From a virus (Duplodnaviria > Caudoviricetes), in the IMG/VR virus record IMGVR_UViG_3300031951_000197, positions 1-55,578 of that record: a stretch of 55,578 nt of DNA. The stretch is one strand, 5' to 3'. A program made the translations under genes and the position numbers. The notes beneath the pieces are model-generated. The model saw only the letters and a program-made list of their open reading frames with translations, searched no databases and was not told the origin of the DNA. Shown here in pieces: positions 8,282 through 18,640 of the stretch. The stretch's first letter is position 1, and every line of letters begins with the position of its first letter.

Positions 8282-9440
8282 AAAGAACACCCCTGTAGAA
8301 CATCGATCCATTACGTATTGGGACCAACTCTAGATGAAAGGGGGCGTCTCCGTCCAGGTATGTGACTACAGCCAAGCCCTGTTGCCAGTTCTCCGTGACC
8401 GGCATGGGCCTCCCATCAAGGTCGATGCCCCCCTTCGTTGAGGGAACGGCCCCATCAGTTCTAGCCAGGCACCCTGCTGAGGCAGCAAGAATTGTTTTAG
8501 GACCGTCATAATCCTCACGGGTCTGCTCGGCCCATTCCCTGCGATGAACGTGTCCATACAGCACTGAGGTTTTTTCATGCTGGAGATACTGGTGTGCTGT
8601 CGATCCATTGGATTTCGCTTTGCTTCCATGTATGACTCTTAGTTTCTCGTTGATCCAAACTTGCCCAGCCGGGTAGCCGGGCACGTACGTAACGTTATGC
8701 TCATCAAATCTACACAAGTATGGCACAGAAAGGACTGGCCAAGACTCTGGTGCAGCACCTCGCTTGATACCAAAAGCTGCTTGCGCGTTGTCGAGCAAGT
8801 AATTGACTAAGCGTTCTTCGTGGTTGCCAGCAATCCAAAAGATTTCTGCTTCCGGTGCTGCGGCACGAAGTCGAGCAACCATCACCGTTGCATAGTCAAT
8901 GGCTGCCTGTGTGGTGCGCCCAAAAGCTGGCGACAATCGGTACTTACCCATCTCAGGCAAGTCCAGGTTGTCACCGTGCATCACGATCTTGTCAGGGCGA
9001 ACACGACGACACAGTTCTACTGCTAGGTCTATTGCTTTCTCATCGTGTGTACCAACCAACGTGTCGTACTGGTCACGATAGTAACCAATCTGCATGTCAG
9101 GCAGAACAACACAGACCTTGTTGCCGGTGCTGACAGCGCGTTTCACTGCGGGCTTTGGCATCTTGACAGCGGGGCCTGGTTGAACAACTGGCCACTGTGG
9201 TCCAAGCTCCCAGGAAGGTGAAAACTGAATGCCGTAAAGATCGTGCACCTCAGCTTCGCCGTCAACGTTCTTGGTTAGGGACTGATAAACAGAAACCCTT
9301 TTAATTGCGCCAATCTCCTCAAGGTTGATACCTTGACGCTCGATTAGTTCAGCAATCTTGCCCAGCTTAGAAACATTGCTGTCCGCTGGTCCTTCATTGA
9401 TTATGTCACTCAGCGCCACAACTGCACCTCCCATTGACAT
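8247..9440 (-). CDS. Calcineurin-like metallophosphoesterase
   Basis: PDMQ, GDNLD, GNHE, HG and GHVH motifs. Confidence 0.9.
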   Translation of the reverse strand: MSMGGAVVALSDIINEGPADSNVSKLGKIAELIERQGINLEEIGAIKRVSVYQSLTKNVDGEAEVHDLYGIQFSPSWELGPQWPVVQPGPAVKMPKPAVKRAVSTGNKVCVVLPDMQIGYYRDQYDTLVGTHDEKAIDLAVELCRRVRPDKIVMHGDNLDLPEMGKYRLSPAFGRTTQAAIDYATVMVARLRAAAPEAEIFWIAGNHEERLVNYLLDNAQAAFGIKRGAAPESWPVLSVPYLCRFDEHNVTYVPGYPAGQVWINEKLRVIHGSKAKSNGSTAHQYLQHEKTSVLYGHVHRREWAEQTREDYDGPKTILAASAGCLARTDGAVPSTKGGIDLDGRPMPVTENWQQGLAVVTYLDGDAPFHLELVPIRNGSMFYRGVLYGDGLADLSNL

Positions 9441-9654
9441 GACGATAGATACTCATGTCGCTAATAGTAATTCCCTCAGAACCAAGAACTTTCATTAACC
9501 AACTAGCGGTGTATCCGGGTTGCCTGGTCTTGATGTGGGTTAACGCTGCGTGTAGCGCGGATCGCTCCTCTCCCTGTAGGGAGTCAACGATTCTTCGTAC
9601 TGCGCAGCTCCTCTCCTTGAGTGCTGGTTCTTGCAGCTTGTCTAGTAGCCCCAT
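9406..9654 (-). CDS. Small putative DNA/Zn-binding protein (RH...CxC C-terminus)
   Basis: Homologue at 47996-48238. Confidence 0.7.
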   Translation of the reverse strand: MGLLDKLQEPALKERSCAVRRIVDSLQGEERSALHAALTHIKTRQPGYTASWLMKVLGSEGITISDMSIYRHVNGRCSCGAE

Positions 9655-9796
9655 GCTGAGCCACCTCCTTGTGTAGTTGTTTGTCTATCTTCTCGATCAG
9701 ATGGACAAGACGTTCCTCTTCATCGTAGCCTCTTGCGATGACTCTTGCAAGGAACATCTTGATGTCTCGCAAGTCGGACTTATTGAATGACGCCAT
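9584..9796 (-). CDS. Hypothetical protein
   Basis: ORF with a GAGGAGG SD. Confidence 0.55.
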   Translation of the reverse strand: MASFNKSDLRDIKMFLARVIARGYDEEERLVHLIEKIDKQLHKEVAQHGATRQAARTSTQGEELRSTKNR

Positions 9797-9820
9797 GTTG
9801 CCTCCTCTGTGGGAGGTAAA

Positions 9821-10000
9821 CTATACATCCCCTTTGAGGTGATCCTCAATGTGGCCGTCAAGTTTTTTTTCTATTCTGTCAAGCGAGTGAACCATAACTT
9901 GATTGGACTCGTTTGACTCAATGCGGTGACGCTGAATCAAGGCGACCGTGACAGCACCGATCAAACCGATGATGGCAACAAGGATCGCCTCGGAAAGCAT
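9821..10000 (-). CDS. Single-TM coiled-coil lysis-cassette membrane protein
   Basis: MLSEAILVAIIGLIGAV...; homologue at 48299-48508; start placed at 10000. Confidence 0.75.
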   Translation of the reverse strand: MLSEAILVAIIGLIGAVTVALIQRHRIESNESNQVMVHSLDRIEKKLDGHIEDHLKGDV

Positions 10001-10080
10001 TAGTTGTCCTTGTCTTCCGGAATAGCTAGGGCTATGCAGATAAACGCAAGAATGAATACGAGGGGAATGGTGATAAGCAT
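10000..10080 (-). CDS. 26-aa hydrophobic micropeptide in the lysis cassette
   Basis: MLITIPLVFILAFICIALAIPEDKDN; TAATG coupling on both sides; same-length homologue at 48505-48585. Confidence 0.7.
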   Translation of the reverse strand: MLITIPLVFILAFICIALAIPEDKDN

Positions 10081-10670
10081 TACTCCCCTCCGAGGGCCTT
10101 GAGGAACTTGTTCCATTTGCGCTTGACGTAACGGGTTGCGTTCTCTGGATCAGCGATTTGCCAGTGCCAAGCTTCGTACTCCGGGTTTGGTTTCCATAGG
10201 TACTTGGGTGGCCCTTGCAGATAGGCACCGTAGCGCGGGCCGTTATTGCATAGCCAGTCGTATGCGCCATTGGACACATCAAAATCCTGGGCACAGGCCC
10301 AGCCATGCGGACTCGTGCCAGGGCTCGCTGATGGGCTGGCACCTTGGTTGAGGAAGTAGGTGCGCCCCTTGTAAATGCGGGTTATCTGTGGCACCCGCCC
10401 TGTTGGTTCTGTTGAGTAGCGCGAGAAGAACAAAGCTTCTTGTGCCTCAAAGGATCGATAGCCACCACTTACGGCTTTAAGCTGAATGCCATCCTTGAGT
10501 GCATCGTCATACATTGTGTTGAATGCAAATGCAGGACCACCCCAGAACACCGAGGTAGCCCAAGCGGTTCCACCGCAAGATAGCTTTCCTAGCGCAGAGG
10601 CAGGCAGCCGACCGTTGCCGTAACGAAGCAGTGTTCCAGGCACCTTCTGTGCTTTGTAAGGGTGGCCCAC
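10080..10670 (-). CDS. Endolysin, peptidase M15 (VanY/LAS-type Zn peptidase)
   Basis: GYRS...Q, SxHxxxxAxD and EAWH motifs; adjacent to the holin. Confidence 0.85.
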   Translation of the reverse strand: MGHPYKAQKVPGTLLRYGNGRLPASALGKLSCGGTAWATSVFWGGPAFAFNTMYDDALKDGIQLKAVSGGYRSFEAQEALFFSRYSTEPTGRVPQITRIYKGRTYFLNQGASPSASPGTSPHGWACAQDFDVSNGAYDWLCNNGPRYGAYLQGPPKYLWKPNPEYEAWHWQIADPENATRYVKRKWNKFLKALGGE

Positions 10671-10671
10671 A

Positions 10672-10890
10672 TCAGCCTCCCTCTACCGCTTCTGATACTT
10701 CCTCGGCTGTCAAGCGACCATCCATTGCTGCGTTAGCAAGGTTGTTGACAACAGCTATTAGGTACATGACGACTGTTGTGCCTGCGGTCACCCAGGTAGA
10801 AACATCAAAGATGAACGCCGTACTAATGACGCCCAGAGTAACCGTTACGAAGTTGGCAGCAAACTTTACCAGGATTGCCTTGCTTGTCAC
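10672..10890 (-). CDS. Putative holin (2 TM)
   Basis: 72 aa, two hydrophobic helices, directly upstream of the endolysin. Confidence 0.7.
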   Translation of the reverse strand: MTSKAILVKFAANFVTVTLGVISTAFIFDVSTWVTAGTTVVMYLIAVVNNLANAAMDGRLTAEEVSEAVEGG

Positions 10891-12539
10891 TTGGACTCCA
10901 ATGCTTCGAGTCGTGCCTCCAACGAGTTAACCTTGTCGTAGAGGTCACGGATCAACTGTTGCTGTGCTACGCACATGCGCTCGTAGGCAAAGTACTCCAC
11001 GAGCCCATCTGCGTCGTACTGCACGAGCTCGGACAAACCGTTCTGGTCAGCTTGTTCCGCAATGAAACCGTAATGCCAGACGGCATCCTCGCCTTGCTCC
11101 TCGACGGCCTTACGATACTTGAAACGTACTGGGATCATTCCAAGCACGGCGTCAGCGTTGAACTCGTAAGCGCTTACCTGTTCTTTGAAGCGTTGCGAAG
11201 AAGATGAGAAGCCAACGCGGTTGTCGCTCAGCGAATACAGCGCACGAATGGTTCCCAATCCACCAAGGTCGTTGCCATTAACGCCCTGGTTGGAGTCGAT
11301 CTGCATGAGTTCATCGTTTGCAGAGTTGACAATCTTGAAATACGTATCGTTCGTATTCTTGTTTGTACGTAGGGTTCCGCCAACTTGAATGTTGCCAGAG
11401 GTTTCAACGCTTGCAACAACCAAGGCCGCAGTACCAGAGACCTTGGCCCCAGTGACTGCATCATCCTTAATGTTTGCTGTTTCAACAGCGTCGTTTGCTA
11501 GCTCTACGGTTGTAATTTTATTGGCACCAACCGTCGTGGTCAGAGAAATGTTTGCTGACCCATCAAAGGATACTCCGGTTGCGGTGACGTCGCCAGTCAA
11601 AGCAATTGTCCTTGCGGTCGCAAGAGCAGTAGCTGTAGAAGCGTTACCAGTAACCGCGCCAGTCAGGTTTGCCGTGATTGTCCCGGCGGTGAAGTTGCCC
11701 GTCGCGCCACGAGCCACGATGGCATTGGCAGTGTTGGCGGTTGTCGCCGTGGTGGCCGAGTTAGAAACCTTGCCAGCTGTGGCTATGGTTGCCAGCTTCG
11801 TATCCACAATTCCTGCACTAGCATTGATGTCGTCGTTAACAATCGTGCCATCAAGAATCTTGGCCGAGGTTACCGCACCATCAGCGATCTTGGCTGCGAC
11901 TATTCCTGAGTCCTTAACACGTAACGTGTCGGTATTGATTTCAATAGTGGAATCATCCACGTTGACAGCAAAAGCCGTGCCAGCACCACCGGAAAGACCA
12001 GCACCAGCCACCGCGCTAGCAATCTTGGCTGCGGTTACCGCTGAATCATTGATGTCTGCGGTGTCAACCGTAAGGTCGGTAATCATTGCGCCAGTTACGT
12101 TGGCCCACTTCATGCCGTTTGTTTGGCCACTGGGGTCAGCAACCAAAACCTGATTTAAAGTACCGATGGCTTGACGAGCAAAGGTTGTGCCGTTAAAGGT
12201 TGCGAGGTCGCCTTTGGTCGTGAAGGTCGAGGTCAGTTCGTTTGCCTCGTCAGCGTCGACCGCCGTAAAGACTGGATAAATAACAGCACCGGACGAGTGC
12301 TGCACATCAGAGGTGTTGTCCGCGCCGCGGGTCGTAATGGCCAGGCTGGTGCTTGTACGGGTAACAAGCATCTTCTCTTCCGAAGAAGTGCCTGGGTCAA
12401 CAACAACATAGAATGGCGCACCAGTGGGCCAGCCGGTTGCAGCAGAAATGTTGGCGCTTGAAGCACCTTGGTTAAGCTGGCCGTTAAGGGTGGTTGCCGC
12501 TGCTCCGCCCTGGTATGCGCGTCTAGTTTTTGCTGCCAT
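10887..12539 (-). CDS. Tail fibre with C-terminal intramolecular chaperone (peptidase S74-like)
   Basis: AVTxAKI repeats; SSQRFKE cleavage motif, GFIAE and a terminal coiled coil. Confidence 0.8.
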   Translation of the reverse strand: MAAKTRRAYQGGAAATTLNGQLNQGASSANISAATGWPTGAPFYVVVDPGTSSEEKMLVTRTSTSLAITTRGADNTSDVQHSSGAVIYPVFTAVDADEANELTSTFTTKGDLATFNGTTFARQAIGTLNQVLVADPSGQTNGMKWANVTGAMITDLTVDTADINDSAVTAAKIASAVAGAGLSGGAGTAFAVNVDDSTIEINTDTLRVKDSGIVAAKIADGAVTSAKILDGTIVNDDINASAGIVDTKLATIATAGKVSNSATTATTANTANAIVARGATGNFTAGTITANLTGAVTGNASTATALATARTIALTGDVTATGVSFDGSANISLTTTVGANKITTVELANDAVETANIKDDAVTGAKVSGTAALVVASVETSGNIQVGGTLRTNKNTNDTYFKIVNSANDELMQIDSNQGVNGNDLGGLGTIRALYSLSDNRVGFSSSSQRFKEQVSAYEFNADAVLGMIPVRFKYRKAVEEQGEDAVWHYGFIAEQADQNGLSELVQYDADGLVEYFAYERMCVAQQQLIRDLYDKVNSLEARLEALESK

Positions 12540-12547
12540 TTATAACC

Positions 12548-14425
12548 TCATTCCTCGACAGAACGTAGGGTTAGTGTACACGTTCCATCCCATACCCACT
12601 CATTATCGTGGGAATCCACCGGTGCCCATTCTAAGTCTTCAACTATAACCGAATAGGAGTTTTTGCCTTCCTGGTAGGAAATGATGCTTGGGTTGTCCAG
12701 GTAACCATGAAGGATGCTGCGCTCCTCATCTACCTCCATAAAGTAATCACGGTTCTGAATAGAGATCTTCTTGTGGATCAAGAGCGGAACCTGCCAAAAG
12801 CGGCTGCGATATGGGGCTGCGTATGCACGAGCGCTCCAGCGCGTAAGCACCGGCCCCTTGGTGGCATCCGTTCCTGAGCGTGTAAAGGTCAGCTTGAACT
12901 GGGCTTCTATAACTTTGGTCTCTGGGCCATCATGGGTTTCTTCTGTGGTGGAGGCGGTTGACCAGGTGCCGAGTGTGGCGTAAGAACCATTGTCTGACTG
13001 CATAGCAACAGCAACTGTTCCATTGAGGGGCTGTGCTCGCAGGTCAAACTTGGCAACAAACTTGCGATCTGGAATGCCCCAGGTAAAACGGCCACTCTCC
13101 ATAGTCGCTGAGGAAACAAGGGAGCCGGTGTTCTCATAGACGACGCCAACCCCGGTGACGGTGAAAACCTTTACCTGGACGCCAGCAGCATTAACAAAGT
13201 TTGTTACGGACTTGATTACTGCCGTGGTGTCGTACATCAAATCCGTTGCGTATGCCGGGGTATTGGCTGCCGTAAGTGTTGATAGGTCTAGTCGACCCAA
13301 GCCTCCAGATGTCGTGTCGTAGTTGCTCCAGGTAAACCAAACAAATCTGTCTTGGCCAATGAAGTCCAGCACAGAACTAGTGGTTTGAATAAGTGCGCCG
13401 ACTGTCAGGTTGCCGTCAGCATCAGCTATCGCCATGCGGACACCCTTGTCTGAGCCAATAAAGATGTAACCCAGGTAGCCGTAAATGGCTGTTACAACCT
13501 CGCCATCTGGCAACTGAAGCGCCACGGATGCTGCATCAAGGGCTGTGGCGTCTGTCTTGATTGTGGTTTTGTAAATCAAGCTTGTCTTGCCTGCATATCC
13601 AGCGGCGTAGATAAAACCTTGCCCTGCCGCAGACCCCACCCACCTAAAAGCTGTATTCCTTTGAGTGAGGATGGTGCTAGTCAACGAACCTGCTGTGTAA
13701 GCCTGGGCCGTACCATCATAAAGAACGTTCTCTTTTGTCGCCATTAGTCGGCCATTGACATAATCAATTCCCGTAACGGTGTCATAGATTTGTCTCGTCC
13801 CGGACCCAGGTGATGCTATGTCGTAAGCGTATACGCCTGACGTGGTGGCGGTAACAGCAACAAAAAGCGAGGTGCCGTCAGTAGCTATGTCGTGAACTGC
13901 CGTGGTGCTTGTTGGCATGGTCAGAGCTATCCAGTCTCCACTTACCGTTGTTGCGTAAGAAACGCCAGTGCCATTAATTACGAAGAGCTTTCCGCTTACT
14001 GCCAATGCTTTTCCAACGTTTGACGTTGGGGCGTTCGTTCCAGCATTTAGGGCTGTTGCATTAAGTAATGAAAGTTGGCCACGCGTCCATGGATCAAGAC
14101 CCTTGCTGGTGAAGAAGCGGTATGGCTCTGAGTCGTCTCGGTCACCATACTTCTGGCCTGCTCCTTCGTGCCAAGAAATCTTAGAGCGACGCCATAGCCC
14201 ACCAGGGTTGATTGCCGCTTCGCCTGGGGCTGTCGACTGGTCAACTGAGTCTCTGATTCTGGGTTCGTGACCAGACATAAACTTGCCTGAGCGCATGTCG
14301 AGCATGTACGGTCGTCCGTTAATGCCTATAGGAAAGATGTCCGGCACGAGCGTCGTTGAGCCAGTGCCGGTGTAGAACGAATAACCACCTACGAATGGAA
14401 ATGTAAAGGTAGTAAGTGCTGCCAC
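12548..14425 (-). CDS. Tail nozzle/stabilisation-like structural protein
   Basis: 625-aa beta-rich protein in the podovirus tail position; homologue at 50792-52651. Confidence 0.6.
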   Translation of the reverse strand: MAALTTFTFPFVGGYSFYTGTGSTTLVPDIFPIGINGRPYMLDMRSGKFMSGHEPRIRDSVDQSTAPGEAAINPGGLWRRSKISWHEGAGQKYGDRDDSEPYRFFTSKGLDPWTRGQLSLLNATALNAGTNAPTSNVGKALAVSGKLFVINGTGVSYATTVSGDWIALTMPTSTTAVHDIATDGTSLFVAVTATTSGVYAYDIASPGSGTRQIYDTVTGIDYVNGRLMATKENVLYDGTAQAYTAGSLTSTILTQRNTAFRWVGSAAGQGFIYAAGYAGKTSLIYKTTIKTDATALDAASVALQLPDGEVVTAIYGYLGYIFIGSDKGVRMAIADADGNLTVGALIQTTSSVLDFIGQDRFVWFTWSNYDTTSGGLGRLDLSTLTAANTPAYATDLMYDTTAVIKSVTNFVNAAGVQVKVFTVTGVGVVYENTGSLVSSATMESGRFTWGIPDRKFVAKFDLRAQPLNGTVAVAMQSDNGSYATLGTWSTASTTEETHDGPETKVIEAQFKLTFTRSGTDATKGPVLTRWSARAYAAPYRSRFWQVPLLIHKKISIQNRDYFMEVDEERSILHGYLDNPSIISYQEGKNSYSVIVEDLEWAPVDSHDNEWVWDGTCTLTLRSVEE

Positions 14426-14426
14426 G

Positions 14427-15314
14427 TCAGTCCCTGTTTAGGAACGTTGGGTATTGGCGTGTTAAACGAGCGGCCTCAGCAATAACCCTATCTCTGCGTA
14501 GGCGCAGCAGATTAGTCACACTGTTGGCAATGGCCCCAGACTGTACTTCTTCGGAACGGCGGGTGTCGCCCTGGCTGTCGATAAAGTTCCGGCGGATTTC
14601 GCGTGGGGCCATGATTCTAATCTGTGAGCCAATCACCAAGATGTCTTCTGCCTGGGCTGAGATTCCCGCTACGACCTGGAGATTGTCGGCCTCAGAGGTA
14701 ACCGGGTTGTAAGGGGCCTTGAAGGTAATGCGCAAATCACCCGAGCGCACTTGCTGGTTAAACTTCAAACCATAGCTAGAAGGAAAGTCTAGGGTTGGAA
14801 GGTCTCGTACTAGCTGAACTTTGCGGACCACCGGATAGTCGGTGCCGGTATAGCGCAAGCGCACGTCGATCAGGTCAATGATCCCACCAAAGATTTGCAG
14901 GTTGATGAGCGTGTCATAACCGTTGTATTCAAGGTCTATTGTCTTGACTTGGAACAAACCGTTGACAGGGCTAGACAGGTCTGCGAGTTCATCGTTAACG
15001 GCTTCCAGTATTTGGTTCCTAGGGAACCTTGGGTTAACCGTGATGACCGCTCCAGCGGTGTGTGTCGCTGCGGTAGTGCCAGAAAAGCCACGCTCAACCG
15101 TTGCCGTCTTAGCGCTTGTGGATACATCCCAAACGTAGAACAGTTCCGAGTCAATCTCGAATACTGTTCCCCGGCGGAGACCGTCCAAGTCGTAGGTTGT
15201 GCCGATAGTTGTCGCCGTAGAGTTGATCGTAGCGCTGAGCTTGTTGCGCTCCTCGACAGCACCGGACAGCAATTGCCTCTGGGCTTTGTTGATAATACTG
15301 GCGACTGTAGACAT
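14427..15314 (-). CDS. Tail adaptor (tubular protein A-like)
   Basis: Position and size; homologue at 52655-53542. Confidence 0.55.
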   Translation of the reverse strand: MSTVASIINKAQRQLLSGAVEERNKLSATINSTATTIGTTYDLDGLRRGTVFEIDSELFYVWDVSTSAKTATVERGFSGTTAATHTAGAVITVNPRFPRNQILEAVNDELADLSSPVNGLFQVKTIDLEYNGYDTLINLQIFGGIIDLIDVRLRYTGTDYPVVRKVQLVRDLPTLDFPSSYGLKFNQQVRSGDLRITFKAPYNPVTSEADNLQVVAGISAQAEDILVIGSQIRIMAPREIRRNFIDSQGDTRRSEEVQSGAIANSVTNLLRLRRDRVIAEAARLTRQYPTFLNRD

Positions 15315-15339
15315 CTATACCCCTGGGTAGGCGACCTAC

Positions 15340-16398
15340 CTAGATATTAGCAATAGCGTCGGCGTAGAAGGTAAGGTTGTTCTTCAGTCTGTCATTTTCT
15401 GGGTCTAAAGCAAGGGCGTCAGCACCGTGCCTGGCAGCTTCTTGGTTAATGCCAAGGCTGTGGCTGGCTATGGCCGCAAGGTCGTGTGGCAAAGCCCCCC
15501 AGGCAAAAGACTCACACAAGTATTCCAGTGGCTTGTCCTTGATTGACAGGGCCGACACGGCTGCGCCGTAACAACCATGCCACTCTTGACGGTCATAGAA
15601 ATGCTGAGCTAAATCAACCCAAGCTTCGCGCCGATTAGGAGCTTCAGCAATGGCGCACCTCAACCATACGTCACGCATTGACGGATCACATTTGGCAAGG
15701 AATCGGTAGGCAGCAGCACGTTCTGGTGCCCAAGTTGCTGTTTGCAGTTTCAAATACCTATTGAACTCAACGATTGCTTCTTCGTAGCGTCCGGCATAGA
15801 AAAGCTCTCTTGCCCAGTAAAAAGCTACTCGGTCATCTTCGGGTGATTCTTTGACTGCCAAGGAAAGAAGGTCAGCGTACTGAGCGCGTGACTTTGTGTG
15901 GTCTGGGAAATGGTGTATCTCCAGATCGCACCAGCCTTGCTTTTCAATGGTTGTGGGTGTGAGTGTTTCGTGTACTGGATGCTTCCAGCGGTAGCCGTGC
16001 CGGGTGTGGATCTTGTCTCCGCCGTACTGTAGGTCTGGTTGGCCATTCTCCTTCCAAGACCATGTGTACTTGTAGCGCGGACGGGTGACCTGTTGGTCGT
16101 GCATGACCTCAAGGTGATCTCGCCAACCCGGCTGTAGTACCTCGTCCATGTCTAAGGCTATGCAGTAATCAATGTCCGCAGGGAGCAGGGCTAGGGCAGT
16201 ATTGCGGGCGTCATCAAATCTCCAGGGTTGAATGTTTGAATCGTAAACAATTATGTTGCGGTCATCGGCTAGGTCTTGTGTGCCATCGGTGGAGCCGGTG
16301 TCAAGGATTAGGCGATAATCTGCGTCTCGACATGAGTCTGCCCAGCGGGTTACGAATTGTGCCTCGTTTTTGGCGATTGTGTAAATTGCAACCTTCAT
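15340..16398 (-). CDS. GT2-family glycosyltransferase with C-terminal TPRs
   Basis: IAKNE, DTGSTD, FDDARN, LDMDE (DxD), VHE motifs and TPR-like helices. Confidence 0.9.
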   Translation of the reverse strand: MKVAIYTIAKNEAQFVTRWADSCRDADYRLILDTGSTDGTQDLADDRNIIVYDSNIQPWRFDDARNTALALLPADIDYCIALDMDEVLQPGWRDHLEVMHDQQVTRPRYKYTWSWKENGQPDLQYGGDKIHTRHGYRWKHPVHETLTPTTIEKQGWCDLEIHHFPDHTKSRAQYADLLSLAVKESPEDDRVAFYWARELFYAGRYEEAIVEFNRYLKLQTATWAPERAAAYRFLAKCDPSMRDVWLRCAIAEAPNRREAWVDLAQHFYDRQEWHGCYGAAVSALSIKDKPLEYLCESFAWGALPHDLAAIASHSLGINQEAARHGADALALDPENDRLKNNLTFYADAIANI

Positions 16399-16410
16399 GG
16401 GTTTTTAACT

Positions 16411-18189
16411 CTACAGCGGTATTGCAATAATAAAACGAATGTAATCGTTTGTTGTCCAAGTCCCTGGAATAGTGGACGAAGCGTTTGTGTTAGTTAGGTA
16501 TGTTCCTGAAGCGTTGTTTGCTCGTACCAGTAGTGCGGTTCCTGCAACGTTTGTGCGCACCGTCATTGCATAGATTGTTCCTCCTGCGGAGGCTACGACG
16601 CTTGCTGAAACAAGGTTGGCTGCTGTCCAGCCAGACGGAAGGGTGATTGTGATGTCGCCAGAAACAGACGAGGTAGAACCAAATAGTAGGTCGGCTCGCA
16701 CGAAACCAACAGCACCAAGCGTGGTGTGTTCTGTCACCCATGTGGTTGCGTTGCCTTTAGCGATATTAGTGAAGGTTGGGGTATAGGAAGTCCATGTCAA
16801 AGAAACAGCAGGACCAGTTGGTCCAGTTGGACCTGTGGGGCCAGTCGCACCTGTGGCACCTGTGGCACCCGTGGGGCCTGTAGCACCTGTTAATCCTGTC
16901 GCGCCCGTAGGACCCGTTGGCCCAATGGCTCCAGTGCTTCCTGTTGCTCCAGTTGGACCCGTTGGTCCCTGAGCGCCCGTTGCACCAGTAGGTCCCGTAG
17001 CCCCTGTAGCACCAGTAGGACCAAGTTGCGTATACATCACCTGAGTAGCAGTCAAAATAATTGACGGGATCGCAGGTGCAGGAGAAGCCGCAGCAATATA
17101 TTGCAACGAAACATCCGTGCTGGTTGCTTGCCAAGCCAACTCTAGGTAGTCATTAGCAGCAAGTTTTACAACATAGTTAACCGTGCCGATAGCACGACCA
17201 TGAGTACCACCATGCGACTCCACAACACTCCAAGTGCTGTCAGAATCAGCAACATTGGAACCGTTCTTCTTCAACCAAATGTTTGCATCTTTAATCTGCA
17301 CATTGGCGTTCTCCCATTGAGCCGAATAGGTGATGCTGTAAACACCAGCGTAAGCAAAAGTGACACGACTGTTAGAAACAATAGAAACACCCGAAGAATC
17401 AGGGTCAGTGTTGTTGTAAGTAATCAGATACTCAGTGTTAGCGGCAGCAGCAGTTTGGTCCTGAGTAGACCAAAACGAACCCCAGTAACCTAAAGTACCG
17501 CCTGCTCCAGTTGCTCCTGTCGGACCAGTCGGACCTGTCGCTCCAGTCGAGCCTGTAGCACCAGTCGGTCCAGTGACAGTTGAAGCCGCGCCCGTGGCAC
17601 CAGTTGGTCCTGTTGGGCCAGTTGCGCCAGTCGAGCCAGTCGGACCCGTAGGGCCTTGTGAACCTGCTGTTCCAGTTGCGCCAGTTGGTCCAGTTGGTCC
17701 GATAGCGCCTGTGCTTCCTGCGGCTCCTGTGGGGCCTGTAGCACCAGCAGCCCCAGCAGAACCTGTTGCTCCTGTAGGTCCAGTAGCGCCAATGCTTCCC
17801 GCAGCACCTGTTGGTCCTGTCGCTCCTTGACTTCCTGCTGCACCTGTCGCTCCTGTCGGTCCTGTAGGTCCCGTTGCTCCTGTTGCTCCTGTTGCACCTG
17901 TGGGTCCAGTCACAGTAGAGGCTGCGCCCGTTGCGCCAGTTGGTCCCGTGCTACCAGTAGGGCCAGTAGCCCCCACGCTTCCAGTTGGACCAGTGGGGCC
18001 AGCAGCACCCGTAGGTCCTATCGGTCCTTGTGGACCCGTTTGGTCTGTAGAAACAATCGTAACGAATGTGCCTGTGCCAGAATCATGACACGCAATTTCG
18101 CTAACCCTCGATACAACATAAGTTTGGTCTGTCTTAGAAACTTCGACAGTGGCGGTGGTGGTGATAACTGTGACATTGGTTGAGGCCAT
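16411..18189 (-). CDS. Collagen-like (GPT/GAT) tail fibre/spike protein; probably chimeric across the A/B junction
   Basis: Long Gly-X-Thr repeats separated by a globular domain; spans the 127-nt junction repeat. Confidence 0.85.
   Translation of the reverse strand: MASTNVTVITTTATVEVSKTDQTYVVSRVSEIACHDSGTGTFVTIVSTDQTGPQGPIGPTGAAGPTGPTGSVGATGPTGSTGPTGATGAASTVTGPTGATGATGATGPTGPTGATGAAGSQGATGPTGAAGSIGATGPTGATGSAGAAGATGPTGAAGSTGAIGPTGPTGATGTAGSQGPTGPTGSTGATGPTGPTGATGAASTVTGPTGATGSTGATGPTGPTGATGAGGTLGYWGSFWSTQDQTAAAANTEYLITYNNTDPDSSGVSIVSNSRVTFAYAGVYSITYSAQWENANVQIKDANIWLKKNGSNVADSDSTWSVVESHGGTHGRAIGTVNYVVKLAANDYLELAWQATSTDVSLQYIAAASPAPAIPSIILTATQVMYTQLGPTGATGATGPTGATGAQGPTGPTGATGSTGAIGPTGPTGATGLTGATGPTGATGATGATGPTGPTGPTGPAVSLTWTSYTPTFTNIAKGNATTWVTEHTTLGAVGFVRADLLFGSTSSVSGDITITLPSGWTAANLVSASVVASAGGTIYAMTVRTNVAGTALLVRANNASGTYLTNTNASSTIPGTWTTNDYIRFIIAIPL
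17150..17276 (+). repeat. 127-nt exact direct repeat, copy 1 (copy 2 is the window end)
   Basis: Base-by-base identical to 55452-55578; the preceding base differs (g vs a). Confidence 0.95.
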
Positions 18190-18530
18190 TAGAGCCTCGT
18201 TACATCAGCCAGCACCGTAACGGTTCCACTAAGAATTGTTGAGATAACACCTGAAGCGTTTTCTTGCAGGTCCCACTGATAGTAGCCAGGTGTTAGCACC
18301 GCTGAATCTGCTGCCGATAGAACGGCTTTCATGATACCGCTTGCTGGCGTAACAAGCGTGCAGGTAAGTGTTGCTGCAATCGTTGTTGAGTCTGCATTAG
18401 AACGAATTTGAGATGCGTAAGTGCGACCCGTGATATCTACGGGTGTTGTGCCATCGGTGGTGATTGTGACATTCACTGTCTCTGTGTCACCACGGGTGAT
18501 GGTCAGGTTTTGGGTCGCAGGTACTGACAT
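18189..18530 (-). CDS. Virion structural protein (Ig/BppU-N-like)
   Basis: LTITRGDT...DITG...YQWDLQ...ILSGTVTV pattern typical of fibre-attachment proteins. Confidence 0.6.
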   Translation of the reverse strand: MSVPATQNLTITRGDTETVNVTITTDGTTPVDITGRTYASQIRSNADSTTIAATLTCTLVTPASGIMKAVLSAADSAVLTPGYYQWDLQENASGVISTILSGTVTVLADVTRL

Positions 18531-18638
18531 TTACTTTGTCTTTTTCCTTGGCTTTACAGGCATAATCGTAACATCCTTAGGACCACGATTTATGGGCTTC
18601 GGTTTCTTCGGCATTGGTTGTTTCTTAATGGGTGCCAC
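18531..18638 (-). CDS. 35-aa Lys/Pro-rich protein
   Basis: Manual translation MAPIKKQPMPKKPKP... from a GTG start; fills the gap between neighbours. Confidence 0.5.
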   Translation of the reverse strand: MAPIKKQPMPKKPKPINRGPKDVTIMPVKPRKKTK

Positions 18639-18640
18639 GA

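Larger units (their letters stand above)
1..17149. mobile_element. Partial genome of actinobacterial podovirus-like phage A (early, DNA-metabolism, lysis and tail modules)
   Basis: Contiguous minus-strand phage genes largely syntenic with 41741-55451 but diverged. Contains GATC, AGCT and CCGG, unlike the rest of the window. Confidence 0.8.

Noticed and set aside
16810-18040. Short tandem repeats as a CRISPR array or VNTR
   Set aside because: They are 9-nt-period Gly-X-Thr collagen codons within an ORF, with no spacers or cas genes.
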